Positions 38,797 to 40,832 of a stretch of DNA of 40,832 nucleotides are shown in pieces. The stretch covers positions 1-40,832 of the forward strand of contig JBKOZH010000252.1 of NCBI GenBank assembly GCA_046725765.1. Direction: 5' to 3'. Made by a program: the position numbers and the translations under genes. The notes below the pieces were generated by a model. It did no database searches. It was not told the DNA's origin and worked only from the letters and a program-made list of their open reading frames with translations. How positions within the stretch are numbered: position 1 is the first letter of the stretch; every line of letters starts with the position of its first letter. The stretch is from Candidatus Methylomirabilota bacterium. GTDB taxonomy: Bacteria > Methylomirabilota > Methylomirabilia > Rokubacteriales > CSP1-6.

Positions 38797-39918
38797 CTAG
38801 GGTCTGATCCACTCTTTGAGCGCGGTCTCGTCGACGTCTACCCCGAGGCCGGGACCGTCGAGCGCCACGATTGCGCCGTCCGCGTATTGCACCGGCCGCC
38901 GCACGACGTCACCCCGGAGCAGCAAGGGGCCGAACAGCTCGCAGCCCCACGTAACGGGCGCCGCCGCGACCGCGACCGCCAGATACGCCGCGGTGCCGAG
39001 CGACGTCTCGATCATGCAGCCGACGTAGCACCCGAGTCCCGCCGCCTGCGCGATCCGCGCGACGGCCATGGTGCCGACGACGCCCGCGGATTTCGTGACC
39101 TTCAACGCCAGGATCGACACGCCGCCGCGCTGCGCGATCGCGAACGCGTCGTGCTCGCTGGCGCACGACTCGTCGGCCATGATGGGAATGCGTGATTGCC
39201 GCGCGATCTCGGCCATGCCCTCGAGGTCCCAGCGCGGCACGGGCTGCTCGACGAAGTCGAGCGCGTACGGCTCCAGCGCGCGCACCGCGGCGAGCGCTGT
39301 CGGACGGTCCCAGCCCTGGTTGGCGTCCACGCGCAGCGCGACGTCCGGTCCGACGGCCTCGCGCAGGCGGTGCACGCGCTCGACGTCGACGGCGAGCGGC
39401 TGCGCGGCCGTCTTGATCTTGAAGATGCGGTGGCCAAGCGCGACTTTGTCGCGCGCCTCCTGGAGCTCCGCCTCGAGACCGCCGACGGCGAGCGACCAGG
39501 ACAGCGGCACGCGATCGCGCACGCGACCACCCAGCAGCCGGTGGACCGGCACGCCGAGCGCTTTGCCGTTGAGGTCCCACAGCGCCATCTCGACGGCGGC
39601 GCGTGCAAAGGGATTGCCCTGAACGCGCCGGGCCATCTCCAGACGCAGCGGCTCGATGCTCGCGGCGTCCCGGCCGATCAGCCACGGCGCGACGTAGCGC
39701 TCGAGCACCGCCTGCACCGACTCCGCAGACTCTTCGCTCCACGTCGGCCCGCCGAGACAGGCGGCCTCGCCCCAGCCGATCAGGCCGCCGCGCGTCTCGA
39801 TCCTCACGAAGGCGAAGTTCATCTCGTGCAGCGTCGTGAACGACATCTTGTGCGGCCGCTTGACGGGGATGTCCGCGAGCATCACGCGGACGTCGGCGAT
39901 CGTGAGGTCACTCGGCAT
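38797..39918 (-). CDS. Enolase-superfamily muconate cycloisomerase/MLE-subgroup enzyme
   Basis: GWGEA, KIK, metal ligands DANQ / EQP / ADES, distal Lys (ALKVTK), ELFGPLL, GPGLG. Confidence 0.88.
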   Translation of the reverse strand: MPSDLTIADVRVMLADIPVKRPHKMSFTTLHEMNFAFVRIETRGGLIGWGEAACLGGPTWSEESAESVQAVLERYVAPWLIGRDAASIEPLRLEMARRVQGNPFARAAVEMALWDLNGKALGVPVHRLLGGRVRDRVPLSWSLAVGGLEAELQEARDKVALGHRIFKIKTAAQPLAVDVERVHRLREAVGPDVALRVDANQGWDRPTALAAVRALEPYALDFVEQPVPRWDLEGMAEIARQSRIPIMADESCASEHDAFAIAQRGGVSILALKVTKSAGVVGTMAVARIAQAAGLGCYVGCMIETSLGTAAYLAVAVAAAPVTWGCELFGPLLLRGDVVRRPVQYADGAIVALDGPGLGVDVDETALKEWIRP

Positions 39919-40832
39919 CGGGGTGGTTTCTGTATCGGAGCGCTGTGTCCGCCTTCGGCGTGGGTGGCCTGAGAGAGACGGGCGTGGCTCCGTCCGTCGC
40001 TCGTCCCGCCGCGAATCGGCCGGGATCGAACAGCGAGAGGTCCATCGAGGGCTTGCCGTCGACGATCCAGTCGGCGACGTGGCGGCCGGTCGCCGGCGAG
40101 TGCTGAAAGCCGTGGCCGCCGAAGCCGACGGCCAGGAAGAAGCCCTGGACGCCGGGCGCCCAGCCGATGATCGCGTGGTCGTCGGGCGTGAGCGGGCGCA
40201 GCCCGGCCCAGCCGCCGGCGATCTTTGCCGTCTCGAGCATGGGCACGCGCCGCACCGCTAGGTCGACGGCCTCGTCGAGCCGGCGCCAGTCCATCGGGAC
40301 GTCGTAGTCGCTGCCGATGTCCTCCACGTCGCCCGGCGAGAACAGGATCTGCTCCAGCTCCTTGCGGAAGTAGAAGCCGCTGCCGCGGTCCGTCGTGAGG
40401 GGGATCGGCCCCGGGATCTCTGGGAACGGCTCCGTATAGAAGATGTGGCGGCGCCGCGGCTGCACCGGCACGTCAACGCCTGCGAGACGAGCGACGGTCG
40501 CCCCGACCGGCCCGGCGGCGTTGACGACGACCGGCGCCGACACCGCGCCATCCGTGGTCGTCACACCGGTGACACGATCGCCCTCGCGCTCGATCGCCGT
40601 CACGCGCACACCCTCGGCGATGCGCACGCCGCGCTCGCGCGCACGCTTCGCGAAGGCGTTGGTGACCTCCGCGGGGCCCGCGAGACCGTCAGTAGGCCCC
40701 CACACAGCGGCGACGAGGTCGTCCACGCGCAGCGCCGGCACCAGCTTCTTCGCGTCCTCGGGCGTGATGACGCGCACGTCGACGCCGAGCCGCCGCTGCA
40801 GCGCCATGCGTTCCTCGAACCCGCGCAGATCG
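39908..40832 (-). CDS. FAD-dependent oxidoreductase, DAO/sarcosine oxidase family (5' end outside the window)
   Basis: Frame is open to the right edge; VVNAAG, WAGLRPLTPDDHAIIG, GFGGHGFQHSPATG. Confidence 0.9.
   Translation of the reverse strand, partial: DLRGFEERMALQRRLGVDVRVITPEDAKKLVPALRVDDLVAAVWGPTDGLAGPAEVTNAFAKRARERGVRIAEGVRVTAIEREGDRVTGVTTTDGAVSAPVVVNAAGPVGATVARLAGVDVPVQPRRRHIFYTEPFPEIPGPIPLTTDRGSGFYFRKELEQILFSPGDVEDIGSDYDVPMDWRRLDEAVDLAVRRVPMLETAKIAGGWAGLRPLTPDDHAIIGWAPGVQGFFLAVGFGGHGFQHSPATGRHVADWIVDGKPSMDLSLFDPGRFAAGRATDGATPVSLRPPTPKADTALRYRNHPDAE

Overview
High-GC (~70% by eye), gene-dense bacterial window from a diderm (outer-membrane beta-barrel, lipoproteins, Tat substrate); gene content and style suggest Ca. 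Rokubacteria/Methylomirabilota (inference only). No rRNA, tRNA, CRISPR, transposase or integrase was seen. The left ~18 kb is a coherent stress/signalling island: a minus-strand run GH63-like glucosidase > GH13 glycosidase > Ntn (choloylglycine/penicillin V acylase) hydrolase > AspT-type antiporter > DUF3300 protein, followed by a dense regulatory block (two DosR/DevR-like LuxR regulators with degenerate receivers, two lipoproteins including a BON protein, a MASE1 histidine kinase coupled to a double-zinc-finger/LIM-like receiver, a GAF kinase, a FixJ-type regulator, a second Ntn hydrolase and a decayed copy of the LIM-like module). Its intergenic gaps carry repeated GGnC-N4-GnCC motifs resembling DosR boxes. 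The middle has a REC-GAF-degenerate GGDEF-like protein, a Tat-exported MBL hydrolase, an ATP-grasp protein and a mosaic DUF6582-like/GAF-like/class III cyclase coupled to a CheY-like receiver. The right part is metabolic: SDR, amidohydrolase, methyltransferase, RibD-like protein, rpiA-pgi, a Liv-type ABC transporter split over two convergent operons, a muconate cycloisomerase-family enzyme and a DAO-family oxidoreductase. Two genes appear to need CTG start codons. All family assignments come from motif recognition by eye, not from database searches.
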